64,000 bases of DNA. It comes from Octopus sinensis (taxonomy: Eukaryota). Under the pieces are notes generated by a model that did not search any database, was not told the DNA's origin, and saw only the letters and a program-made list of their open reading frames with translations. How positions within the stretch are numbered: position 1 is the first letter of the stretch; each line of letters starts with the position of its first letter. The stretch covers positions 2,356,001-2,420,000 of the forward strand of contig NC_043014.1 in NCBI RefSeq assembly GCF_006345805.1, given 5' to 3'. The position numbers and the translations under genes were made by a program. Below, piece by piece: positions 23,148-34,951 of this stretch.

Positions 23148-25268
23148 TCTTATTCACATTACACATCCAGTGGAGCATACTTGCTTCATTTCTTTCCTGT
23201 GTTTCCATGCCTGCTGTGTTCAAGGCCCCTGTCTCACTTCCATGCTGCATTGCAGTTCTAAACCAACCGTCACACAATCTGCCCTTCATTCTGTGGGAGA
23301 AGACCTTGGTTGCCAGCAGCAGCAGTAAACTCCCTCAACTATTTTCAACACATTCTTCCTTAGGCTACCATGCACTCAGAGCAACCCAATCCCTTGCTAA
23401 TTAAATCTCCCAAGTTTAAAAAAAAACATCAATGGGACCATAACCTCGTGGCCTATGCCAGGGGCGTAACCAGCCCACTTGTGCGTACCTTTTCCTTCTT
23501 TGGACACTAAACTCTGCTTGCGAAGACCTGTTGAGGCAAGTGAAATCAAAATCAAAATGAAATTCGATGAGGGGCACGAGCACCATACGAGTGATCCTTG
23601 ACAGAGCAGCTAACCAGCTTCCGTGCCAGTGGCACATAAAAAGCACCATTCGAGTGTGATCGTTACCAGCTTCGCCTTACTGGCACTTGTGCCCCTTGCT
23701 AGTAGGGTGCTAAGAGCACCATCTGAGCGTGATCGTTGCCAGAACGACTAACTGGCTTCCATGCCAGTGGCACGTAAGAAGCATCATTCGAGTGGGATCG
23801 TTACCAAAGTCGCCTTACTGGCACCTGTACCGTTGGCATGTGTAAAAAGATTCGAGTGAGGTCGTTGCCAGTACCGCCTGACTGGCTCCCATGCCGGTGG
23901 GACGTAAACGCACCCACTACACTCTCAGAGTGATTGGTGTTAGGAAGGACATCCAGCTGTAGAAACTCTGCCAGATCAAGACTGGACTGGACTGGTTCGC
24001 CAGCCCTCAGTCAAACCGTCCAACCCATGCTAGCATGGAAAGCGGACGTTAAACGATGATGATGATCAACTACTTCTAATGAGCCATCCAAGCATTCAAG
24101 AGAGTCTATTTCTGGTGTCTGTAGTACTTCCCTGCTCCAGTGCATTTATCACATGAAGCTTAAGTTCTCTGCTAGTCTGCCACATCTCTTGTGTGCCCTT
24201 AGCTTACATGGGGTTTACATCTACACCTTTTCTGCATGTTGAGCAGGACCATTTGCTGACGGTGTCAGAGTCCTGTCTTCTTTCCTACTTACTAAAGCTT
24301 TGTCAGGTTTACCTTATGACCTCTCAGTTCCATACCTGGAATTGCTTCTCTAATTCTCATATAGATTCAGCTATGAGAACATATAGGACTTCACATGGGC
24401 AACCAGTCTTAAACTCCTCTGTGGGACTATGATAATTAAAAGATTAAGGACAGAGCCTTGACAAACTCCAACCCTTATGCTAAATTTTTCACTGAAGCTA
24501 TCAGTTATGTATTTCGTCTTTGTGCCTGGCTTGTACAACTCTCACAAGCCATAAGTCAACACAGTTTCCCTACTGGCCACCAGATTACTCTATGTGGTCC
24601 CTTAGTCTTGAAGTAGAGTGCTTCATGCTGTCAGCGGTCAGCATCATCATCATTGGCATAGTTTTTGTATCCTTTTTCCTATGCTAAAATGGGTTGGCTG
24701 GGTTGTCCCTGTCTGGGTCAATTCTTATTCAAAGTTTCCCCTTGTCATTTGAATACAAACAGCACAATGAGCAAAATAGAAAGATGCTCTTCCTGTCATT
24801 AACCTTCACCTCTTTCCATGCCACAAACAGTACAAAGGCCAGACATATATTCATGGAACATTGCAAACAAACAACATCAAATGTTCAATGCGGATGAAGA
24901 TATGCAACAGGTTTCTTCCAGTTTCCGTCAACCACATCCATTCTCAAAGCTTTCATCCAACCATGGATTTCATAGAAGACTCCTGTCTTAATTGCTGCAA
25001 AGTGGGACTGAACCAGAAATTACATGGTTGCCAAGTGAACCCCTTCAGGTTGAATAGAAGATGTGGGTGGTGTCAAGTAATAGCTCTCTTTGTCAGTTCC
25101 CTGCCCCAGAATCAACCCTTTTAACTAAGAACTCCCTGTTAGAGTGTCAGCCCTTTTCATTAAGAACTATCTGTTGACTCCCTGAAATTGTTGATGATCC
25201 TTAACTTCCCTAACAATATTTATTACATTTAAATGTCCCTTTTTGTTCCCTTTTCTTTTTTCCTACAG

Positions 25269-25550
25269 GTCCAGCTGGAACTCCCAATCTGACGGCTCCT
25301 TCTGATAATCAAATTCTCAATGACAATGTCACCGTTTCTTGCGAGAGTAACGTTGGAAGCCCTGCACAGGAATTACACCTTTGTGTTGGCAATACCTGTG
25401 CTAAACCAAACCCACCAGTTAAACAGGTCGATCAGTGCATTTTCACACAAACTGCAAGCCTAACATTTCAAGTCACCAAGACAACCAAGACGGCTACATG
25501 TAGAGTGGGGTCAAGTTCTTTGGAAGATAAACAAACCTGGGAAGTTGACT
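25269..25550 (+). CDS. IgSF membrane protein exon, Ig domain 2 (C-like, extra cysteines)
   Basis: ctacag|GT...GAC T|gtaag, 282 nt, phase 1-1; NDNVTVSCESNVGSPAQELHLCVGNTC...QCIFTQTASLTF...ATCRV. Confidence 0.88.
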
Positions 25551-26657
25551 GTAAGTTGTCTGCTTTCCTTCTCTGTTGCTATTATTATCATACTCTTAAT
25601 CTTTTACTGGTTTCAGTCATTGGATTGCGGCCATACCGAGGCATTATCATCAAGATTTGTTTACATAAGCGTAACAACTGTAGAATGTATTTTCTTGACT
25701 TAATTGAATTTCTTCTAAATTACGCTTTGGATATGAAATTAGTTGGAGGAGAGTAACATGTAAATAAACAAACACACACACACACACACACACACATTCA
25801 AATATAAATTAGAAGCAGCTCACCAAACACACACACAATGTATGCTTTACTAGTTTGCCGGTTGGCTGTGATTTGACACGTTAGAGATGACTCTCGCAAA
25901 GTACCAGGTGTTCAAACACCTGAAAATCAGTCTTAGACAGGTGAGACAACTCACCGCAAGTCCCATTCAGGAGTGATGGACATCAGGATTTCCTTATTTT
26001 TGTGGTTTATCAACATCATGTGCTTAAACCTGGGGCAAATCAAATATGCTGTCCATGGCTATTCTCTCTCTTTTACTTGTTTCAGTCATTTGACTGCGGC
26101 CATGCTGGAGCACCACCTTTTAGTCGAGCAAATTGACTCAAGGACTTATTCTTTGTAAGCCTAGTACTTATTCTATCGGTCTCTTTTGCCAAACCGCTAA
26201 GTTACAGGGACGTAAACACATCAAAATCGGTTGTCAAGCGATGTTGCGGGGACAAACACAGAAACACAAACACACACACACACATATATATATACTTGCC
26301 CAAGGCGGCGAGCTGGCAGAAACGTTAGCACGCCGGGCGAAATGCGTAGCCGTATTTCGTCTGCCGCTACGTTCTGAGTTCAAATTCCGCCGAGGTCGAC
26401 TTTGCCTTTCATCCTTTCGGGGTGATAAATTAAGTACCAGTTACGCACTGGGGTCGATGTAATTGACTTAATCCATTTGTCTGTCCTTGTTTGTCACTAT
26501 TTCTAGCAAGTCAATAAGGTTAGTGGCCAAGTAGGAATAGGGTTCAATGTGAGGAAAGGGATTAAAAAAGGAGAAGGGGTAAGGTGTACATGTAGAAGTG
26601 TATCCTTGTATTAGGATGGGTATATGAGTAGAAGGAGGGATATATATGTATGTAGTT

Positions 26658-26689
<32 letters not shown>

Positions 26690-26734
26690 CAATGGTTTCA
26701 GTAAATTCTCTTTTGATCATCTGTTTTCTTTCAG

Positions 26735-27004
26735 ATCCCGTTGATGCCATCAGACTAATTCCAGATGTCACAGAATGGAGACTGGTTCGTGGCACCAAAA
26801 CAACATTTGAGTGTGTAGCACTCGGCAACCCTGACCCCACAACCATGTGGGAGTTCTTCCCAGAGACATCTCAAACTAGCAGGATATCTTGGGGTAGAAC
26901 TATGGAACTGGACCCTGACACAAGTGGGGTGTATGTGTGTACGGCTAACAACACGGTTGGCGGAATCTCCTACAACTTGACCAAGACTTTGACCGTTACT
27001 GTCT
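26735..27004 (+). CDS. IgSF membrane protein exon, Ig domain 3 (I/C2-set)
   Basis: tttcag|AT...GTC T|gtaagt, 270 nt; FECVALGNPDPTTMW...SGVYVCTANN. Confidence 0.92.
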
Positions 27005-28193
27005 GTAAGTCAGCCATCTCTGCTTTCATCTCTCTCTCTCTCCCTCTCTCTCACTCTCAATCTCTCTTTTTCTATACTATTTTTCTATCTTTCCTTTTTT
27101 TTCCATCTATCTTTTCTCTCTTGTTTTCTCCTTTCTTTTCTCTGCTTCCCTCACCATCCCTCCCTCTCTCTCCCCCTCTCTCTCTCTCTCTCCAAACACT
27201 GCTCCTTTCCATTTGTTCCCTGTTGGTTATATATTGTGTGTGTGTGTTTATTGGTTTCAAAAGATGTGATCTACAATGATTTTAAAGCATTTGTAATAAA
27301 ACACAGGGAATCAAGCAGTCTATCTGGAACCAAGCATTTCATAAACAGGGCTTGACTTCGATCCCTGACACAAAATTTTGATTTATTTGGGGTGTGGGGT
27401 CAGTAAGTGTTATTTCCTAATTGCTTCTATCTAGAAATGAAAGGAAATGACTACTATTCCCTTCACACTTTGCTTTGTGACTTGGGCATCAATGTTTTAA
27501 AATTGACCTATTTTCCATTACATTTCAGACAGATTCAGTGTTGAGTTGCTGAAGCAGAAATATTCTGCTCAGTATCACAGATTTGCATGTCACTTGCTTG
27601 ACCTTAATGAGTTGAGCATGTACCCTGAGTGGCTGGTGATATGTGAATCTCTGATTATGAGAAGAGTAGTGGAGGAGCATCACAGCCATGTGTTGAGAGG
27701 GATTCTTTGGGGTTTGAATAAATGTAACAAAAGCAAAGTTTGAAGGCAATATTAGCCATTTTTCATACTGGAACCAAAACAGTGTGTATTTTAATGGAAA
27801 TGTGCTAACAAAAAGATTAATTATAACACAATTATTTTACTATTAATTGAAACAAAATCAGTACATTTTAGTAGAAATATAGTAATATAGTTTGCTAATA
27901 TACATATGCGATTATTTGGTAAGTGGTGCCGAATTTTACAATCTGTTAATAATACTAATATTAATAATGATAATAATAATAGGGGTAGCTTATCCTGTTC
28001 AGTCTATATTATTAGCATTATCCTGCGTTTGAGAATTTAAAATCACTTCTTTAACTTTTTAAGACATCTCAACGCTTCTAAAGCAAACTTCATTTCTTTG
28101 TTTATGTTCATCGTAATTTGAATTTAATGTATGATAGCATCTCCTAAAGCAAGATTTCTATAAATCTTAAATTTGCGGAAGAATTTGTGGTGT

Positions 28194-28274
28194 GGACAGT
28201 TTAGCTTAATTGGCTCAGAGCACTGCGACGCGTAATCACAGAGGTGTGAGTTCAAGTCTCATAGCCGGCTGCCA
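28194..28274 (+). pseudogene. tRNA-like sequence (apparent anticodon CGT) inside a direct-repeat-bounded 312-bp unit
   Basis: A-box TAGCTTAATTGG, B-box GAGTTCAAGTC, T-stem gtgag/ctcat, ends in gcca followed by a T-run. Confidence 0.55.
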
Positions 28275-28788
28275 ACACTTTTTCTGCAAAATAGGGGTAG
28301 TTTATCCTGTTCAGGCTATATTATTAGCATTATCCTGCGCTTGAGAATTTAAAATCACTTCTTTAATAATAATAATATTTTATAAGCTTAAAGCTTATAA
28401 GCAATTACTGTGTATTGACTAAGGTAGGTAGTCTAACATTGGGGCATATACAAGGTGGCAAGCTGGCAGAATTGTAAGCACGCTGGGCAAAATGCTTAGT
28501 GGTATTTCTGAGTTCAAATTCTACTGAGGTCAACTTAGCCTTTCGTCCTTTGGAGTCGATTCAATAAGTACCAGTTATGCACCGTCTAATATGCATGTTT
28601 TACTAATCCATAATAGGATAACATCATTCACCAGGGTCAGGAGGATTGATGTCATCTTTACTAATGTATGGGGAGTGGAGGGTATTGACTTTCCTTTTAC
28701 CAATATGTGGAGAGTTGACCTCATCTTCTCACCATGTGCAGCCTTGTTTGTCCTTTTACTGAATAAAAAGCAAATCCTTCCTTTGCAG

Positions 28789-28890
28789 ATGTTCCCACAA
28801 CAACAGTGCCACCATCAACAACTAAAGAACCGTCGACAACTCCTAGCACCACCACAAAGAAAGCAGGTGCCCCTGCTGCCGCTTCTACAG
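28789..28890 (+). CDS. IgSF membrane protein exon, mucin-like S/T/P stalk
   Basis: ttgcag|AT...ACA G|gtaaat, 102 nt; VPTTTVPPSTTKEPSTTPSTTTKKAGAPAAAST. Confidence 0.88.
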
Positions 28891-28983
28891 GTAAATAGAT
28901 TTCTAATCCTCCTCCTCTTTGTCTTCCTTCCTGTCATGGTGTTTAGCCCTAGGCTAGTCCTGATCCAGTAGAATTATGGTGAA

Positions 28984-29738
28984 AATAATAATAATAATAA
29001 TAATGAAATTATTGTATGCAGTGGGCTCAGGTGCACTGCAACTTGTCAAAAGTGCGTATAAAGCATCTGCAGTAATGTACAAATGTCTGGAAAGCGAACA
29101 ATGCATGAGTCAGATACATGCTTGTGTGTGTATGGAGGGGAGAAAGATCAGGTGTAGTGTTGGCGAATCTCAGGAAGCATGGAAGTTTTGAAGGATGCAG
29201 TGCTCCAACAACTGATGCCGGCAGTTTTTTCCATGCTTCAGCAACTCTCAGTGTGAAAAAATGTTTCTGAAAGTCAAGGGAGCTGTGCTGTTTTCTGACT
29301 TTGTAAATATGTCCACGGGTGTTAGACGGGTGGAGTTTGAAAAGGTGCTCAGAGTTATTGTTTGTAAGATGGTTAATAATTTTATGGGTATCTGCCAAGT
29401 CAGCTGCCAGACGTCGGAGTTTCAATGTGTCCATGCCCAGGGAAGTAAGGCGTTCAGAATATGGCAGATGCCTGATGGAAGGTATTCTTTTGGTTGCACG
29501 TCGCTGAACAGCTTCCAGACGATTGATATCCTGGTCAAGATAGGGGTTCCAGACCGGTAATGCAAATTCCAGGTGAGGTCTTACCATAGCTATATAAAGC
29601 CGTAGATAGATAGCTGGAGAGCGGCTCACAAAGGACTTGGTGAGTGATGCCAAGACACCCTCGGCCTTCTTGGCAATTTTAGCGATGTGTTTTGTCCAAC
29701 GCAAATCGCTGTCGACAATAACACCCAGGTCACATTCA
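28984..29738 (-). mobile_element. CR1-type LINE 3' fragment
   Basis: LGVIVDSDLRWTKHI...LYIAMVRPHLEFALPVWNPY..LEAVQRRATK..YSERL...FFTLRVAEAWKKLP; (att)n tail. Confidence 0.9.
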
Positions 29739-30488
29739 TTGTGTATCTAGGACTACATTATCTAATGTGACCTTTCTTGTGGTGTAGCCCCAGGTCAGAC
29801 CTGGTCTAACAACCCTGTAATCTAAGCTGTTCCAGTCTTAGAATATCAGACTACACCATTGTCTTGTGTATTCTTTTGTTTCTTCTTTTCTCTTCTCTCA
29901 AAGACAGAAGAGTCATTGAACATCCTTTCTCCATCTTGGCATGGGTTGGTCATGGAAGTATTTCTTGCAGGATTTCACTGCTGATGACCCCCTCCTCCTC
30001 TTCCTTCAGAAGGGATTCTTGTCCTACAGGTGGTTAATCGTAATGCCAACAAGGAACGTCAGCGTCGTGTCACCATTTCACTCCGATGGTGACAAATGAA
30101 GCCATGCAATGTAAACACTCACACAGATACGCTTTATCATTTAACATCCGCTTTCCGTGCTGGCATGGGTCGGACAGTCTGACAGAATCTGAAAGATTCA
30201 AGGACTTCATTGTGCTCTGCTGTCTGCTTTGGTATGGTTCCTACAGCTGGATGCTCTTCATAATGTCAGCCAGTCTACAGTGTGTGCCGGGTCCATTTTT
30301 CCATGCCACTGGCATGTGTGTATGTATGTATATATATATATATGTGTGTGTGTGTTCATATATATATGTGTGTGTATTTAAATATCTATATATCTGTGTG
30401 TGTGTTTATATATCTATATATATATGTGTGTGTTCATATATTTATATATATATTTATATATATATATTTATATATATATATTTATATA

Positions 30489-30537
<49 letters not shown>

Positions 30538-30602
30538 GGAGTAAACACATAAACGTGAAACAAGGTGGAAAAAAAGAGTACTCAAATACCAGGGGTAGAG
30601 TA

Positions 30603-30787
30603 ATATGCTTTATTTAAAAGCAGCAGAAAATTCAACAAAACCTGTTACTCTGAGTTTCACATTCCCGTTCATCGGACAGTTTTTGCTAGAATCTAGCAAA
30701 TTCTAGCAAAAACTGTCCGACGAATGGGAACGTGAAACTCAGAGTAACAGGTTTTGTTGAATTCTGCTGCTTTTAAATAAAGCATAT
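30603..30787. ncRNA. Inverted pair of minimal hammerhead ribozyme motifs (30713-30750 +, 30642-30679 -) in a palindrome flanked by (TA)n
   Basis: + ctgt-CCGACGA-atg ggaa cgt-GAAA-ctc a gag-TA-acag; - ctgt-CCGATGA-acg ggaa tgt-GAAA-ctc a gag-TA-acag. Confidence 0.75.
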
Positions 30788-31140
30788 ATATATTTAAATA
30801 TAGGATAAAATCTTTATAAGAATTTATCAAGTAGTTAGCATGAAAAACCTCGTAAGGGAAAAATCCATCAATTATTCCTCTTAAATATATTTACTTATAT
30901 TAAGGGTATTTATGTATAGTAATGCCCTTAATATAAGTATGTATACTCTTTTACTTGTTTCAGCCATTTGACTGCGGCCATGCTGGAGCACCGCCTTTAG
31001 TCGAGCAAATCGACCCCAGGACTTATTCTTTGTAAGCCCAGTACTTATTCTACCGGTCTCTTTTGCCAAACCGCTAAGTGACAGGGACGTAAACACACCA
31101 GCATCGGTTGTCAAGCAATGCTAGGGGGACACACACAAAT

Positions 31141-31175
<35 letters not shown>

Positions 31176-32776
31176 CGACAGGCTTCTTTCAGTTTCCGTC
31201 TACCAAATCCACTCGCAAGGCATTGATCAGCCCGGGGCTATAACAGAAGACACTTGCCCAAGATGCCACGCAGTGGGACTGAACCCGGAACCATGTGGTT
31301 GGTTAGCAAGCTACTTACCACACAGCCACTCCTGCGCTATATATATATATATAGGCACATACACACACATATATGTAGTGGAGAGAGGGAGAGAGATTGT
31401 CATAGGTATGTGGATTAAAAAGTCTGCTTTGGAGCCATGTGGGTAGGGTTCACTGTGTTGTGTACTACAGCCTCAGGTCAACCGGTACCTTGTGAGTGAA
31501 ATTGATCAGTGGAAACCGAAGACACCTCTGTATGCGTGTGTGTGTGAGATCATATCCCCACCCTTCATGTATGTTTGCTGACTGTAAACGACAGTGAGGC
31601 TGTGTCACATACACACACACATACTGACATCAATCCATGCCAGCATGGAAAGCGGATGTTAAATGATAATGTGTATGCATATCTGTGACATGACTCTGGC
31701 GCAGGAGTGGCTGTGTGGTAAGTAGCTTGATTACCAACCACATGGTTCCGGGTTCATTCCCACTGCATGGCACCTTGGGCAAGTGTCTTCTACTATAGCC
31801 TCAGGCCGACCAAAGCCTTGTGAGTGGATTTGGTAGATGGAAACTGAAAGAAGCCCGTCGTATATATATATGTTTGTGTTTGTGTCCCCCCAACATCGCT
31901 TGACAACCGATGGTGGTGTGTTTACGTCCCTGTAACTTAGCAGTTCAGCAAAAGTGACCGATAGAATATGTACTAGGCTTCCAAAGAATAAGTCCCGGGA
32001 TCGATTTGCTCGACTAAAGGCAGTGCTCCAGCATGGCCGCAGTCAAATGACTGAAACAAGTAAAAAGAAAAGATAGAGAAAGAACACAGACAAGAAACAA
32101 ACACAATGTTTACTCTTGCACGTCCACTTAAACTGGCCAGATGGCCATATCCAGCCAAAATGTTCCACCTGCCTGATGCTGAAATTCTCACATCCATCTT
32201 ACAATGTCATTCCGAAAAATAAACAAGCAGGTCATTGAAATCTCAAAGCTACAAGATAATACATGACTAATTCAAAGCAGTGCAGATAAGCAAACGTTAG
32301 GTTTGACAGAGAAATCTGAATGCCTAAGGATTAAGTATTGTTGAGAAAGGAAAGAGACAATAAAGAGAATAAATAAGAAGAAGATAAAGAAACATATGTG
32401 GGAAGTGTATCCTGTTTCATTGGGTGGACTTTGAATTGAGATAAAAATAGTTGTTGAATGAATAAAGTGTGAAAGGGTGTCTGTGTGGTCGGGATAATTA
32501 AAAGGTGAATTAGAGGACAGACAGATCACTGTGACATACAAGCACAGAAATGCATATCTGCACATATGTGGACATGTCCATACATATGCATAAATACACA
32601 TATATATTCACATTTGTAGGCGCAGGAGTGGCTGTGTGGTAAGTAGCTTGCTTACCAACCACATGGTTCCGGGTTCAGTCCCACTGCGTGGCACCTTGGG
32701 CAAGTGTCTTCTGCTATAGCCCCGGCCGACCAATGCCTTGTGAGTGGATTTGGTAGACGGAAACTGAAAGAAGCCC

Positions 32777-32842
<66 letters not shown>

Positions 32843-33139
32843 TGTGTTTGTCCCCCCAAATTGCTTGACAACCGATGCTGGTGTGTTTACGTCCCCGTCA
32901 CTTAGCGGTTCGGCAAAAGAGACCTTGGCATTGGTCGGCCCGGGGCTATAGCAGAAGAGACTTGCCCAAGATACCACGCAGTGGGACTGAACCCGGAACC
33001 ATGTGGTTGGTTAGCAAGCTACTTACCACACAGCCACTCCAAATGCATTGTTATTTTAAAAAGTTCTGTTTTAATAATAATTGAACCTTGTTTTATATTA
33101 TTTTTTATCCCTGTTTCTATTTTCTTTTCTTTTGACCAG

Positions 33140-33250
33140 ATAAAAACAAGATTATTATTGGCAGTATCGTCCCCATATTAATCATCATCATCATTGTGAT
33201 TATTGTTATCATTCTGTACAAACGGAGAGCGAAACCAACAGAAATTGAAG
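33140..33250 (+). CDS. IgSF membrane protein exon, transmembrane helix plus basic stop-transfer
   Basis: gaccag|AT...GAA G|gttagt, 111 nt; KNKIIIGSIVPILIIIIIVIIVIILYKRRAK. Confidence 0.9.
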
Positions 33251-33345
33251 GTTAGTTTATCTCAATTAGAATTTCTTATCAAAAACCTCAAAATTACCTG
33301 CCTATGTCCACCTTGCCTTTGGTTTTATTCTCTTATTCTCTGGAA

Positions 33346-33930
33346 GGTGGCGAGCTGGTAAAATCGTTAGCATGCCGGGCGAAATGCTTAGCGGTATTTC
33401 ATCTGCCGCTACGTTCTGAGTTCAAATTCCGCCGAGGTCGACTTTGCCTTTCATCCTTTCGGGGTCGATTAAATAAGTACCAGTTACGCACTGGGGTCGA
33501 TAAAATCAACTTAATCCGTTTGTCTGTTCTTGTTTGTCCCCTCTGTGTTTAGCCCCTTGTGGGTAGTAAAGAAATAGGTATTTCACCTGCTGCTACGTTC
33601 TGAGTTCAAATTCCGCTGAGGTCGACTTTGCCTTTCATTCTTTCGGGGTCGATTAAATAAGTACCAGTTACGCACTGGGGTCGATATAATCGACTTAATC
33701 CCTTTGTTCTTGTTTGTCCCCTCTGTGTTTAGCCCCTTGTGGGTAGTAAAGAAATAGGTATTTCACCTGCTGCTACATTTGGAGTTCAAATTCCGCCGAG
33801 GTCGACTTTGCCTTTCATCCTTTCGGGGTCAATTAAATAAGTACCTGTTACGCACTGGGGTTGATAAAATCGACTTAATCCGTTTGTTATTTTTGTCCCC
33901 TCTATGTTTAGCCCCTTAAAGAAATAGGTT
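33346..33930 (+). repeat. SINE family C with its body tandemly triplicated (~180-bp unit)
   Basis: ggtatttc..gagttcaaattccg..aaagaaata occurs three times after a single head. Confidence 0.85.
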
Positions 33931-34265
33931 TTATTCTCTTTGTAACTTTTGGCAACATTTGCCTTACTTCCAAAATAAATTTACCTTGTGTGTGTGAAGG
34001 CATGTGGCCTAGTGGTTAGGGTGTTGCTCTCACAATCACTAGATCATGGTTTCAATTCCCAGGCTGGCAGTGCATTGTATTCTTGAGCGAAACACTTCAT
34101 TTCATATTTCCCCTGTCCACTTGGCTGTGAATGGGTTACCCTGCAACAGATTAGCATCCGGTTCAGGGAGAATGTCTTTTTTTCTTTTCTTTTTTTTCCA
34201 GAGATTATTTCTGTTTCGTTTACTTAAGCAACTCTGTTAATAATCTCTCTCTTAATCTCTTTCAG

Positions 34266-34287
34266 AACCTCCAGAAAAACCACGGAA
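34266..34287 (+). CDS. IgSF membrane protein 22-nt cytoplasmic microexon
   Basis: ctctttcag|AACCTCCAGAAAAACCACGGAA|gtaagt; phase 1 to 2, needed to keep the frame; EPPEKPRN. Confidence 0.8.
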
Positions 34288-34863
34288 GTAAGTCTGGGTT
34301 TTTTTGCATTTTGTTTTGTTGTAGTTGTTGATGGCAGGGTGAGGGTGGCAGTGGTGGTGCTGATGCTTATTTGTCTGTATATATAAGCAGATGGTGCATA
34401 TGTATATACATATTATATACATGTGTGTATAGTATAGTTTAGACTTTGTAAAATTGTGTTGCAATAAATATATTAATCGGTCAAATTCCAGCAGAGCCTG
34501 ATTTTCATGTTTAATTTTTGTTTTCTTTTGTTTACAATTTTACAAGTCCTTTCATGTTATATAACAATCTTCAGGTAAATGTTTCCATAACGGATTTAAC
34601 AAATGGCTAATGTGTTTCGCAATTGACAGCTGAAGATTGTTTTAAATCATGAAAGTACTTGTAAAATTACAGAAATATAAAAAGAATTAGATGAGGTTGA
34701 TTGGCTTAGATATATAATACGTTATATGTAAACAAATTCAAGTTTGTTTTTGAAGTGCTGAAATGTATTCTAGTACAAGAAGAAAGATTTTTGTTTGATT
34801 TTTCAACACGTAATATCCCTTTATATTAGGTGAATTATATTTTGTTATATTTGTTTTCTCCAG

Positions 34864-34951
34864 CAATCACAGTGAAGTTAATATGATGAACACAAAACCA
34901 GACCTTGTCCATTCTACTGGAATGGAAAAGAAAGTACCTATGTACAACAAT
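34864..34951 (+). CDS. IgSF membrane protein cytoplasmic exon
   Basis: ttctccag|C...AAT|gtgagt, phase 2 to 0; NHSEVNMMNTKPDLVHSTGMEKKVPMYNN. Confidence 0.82.
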
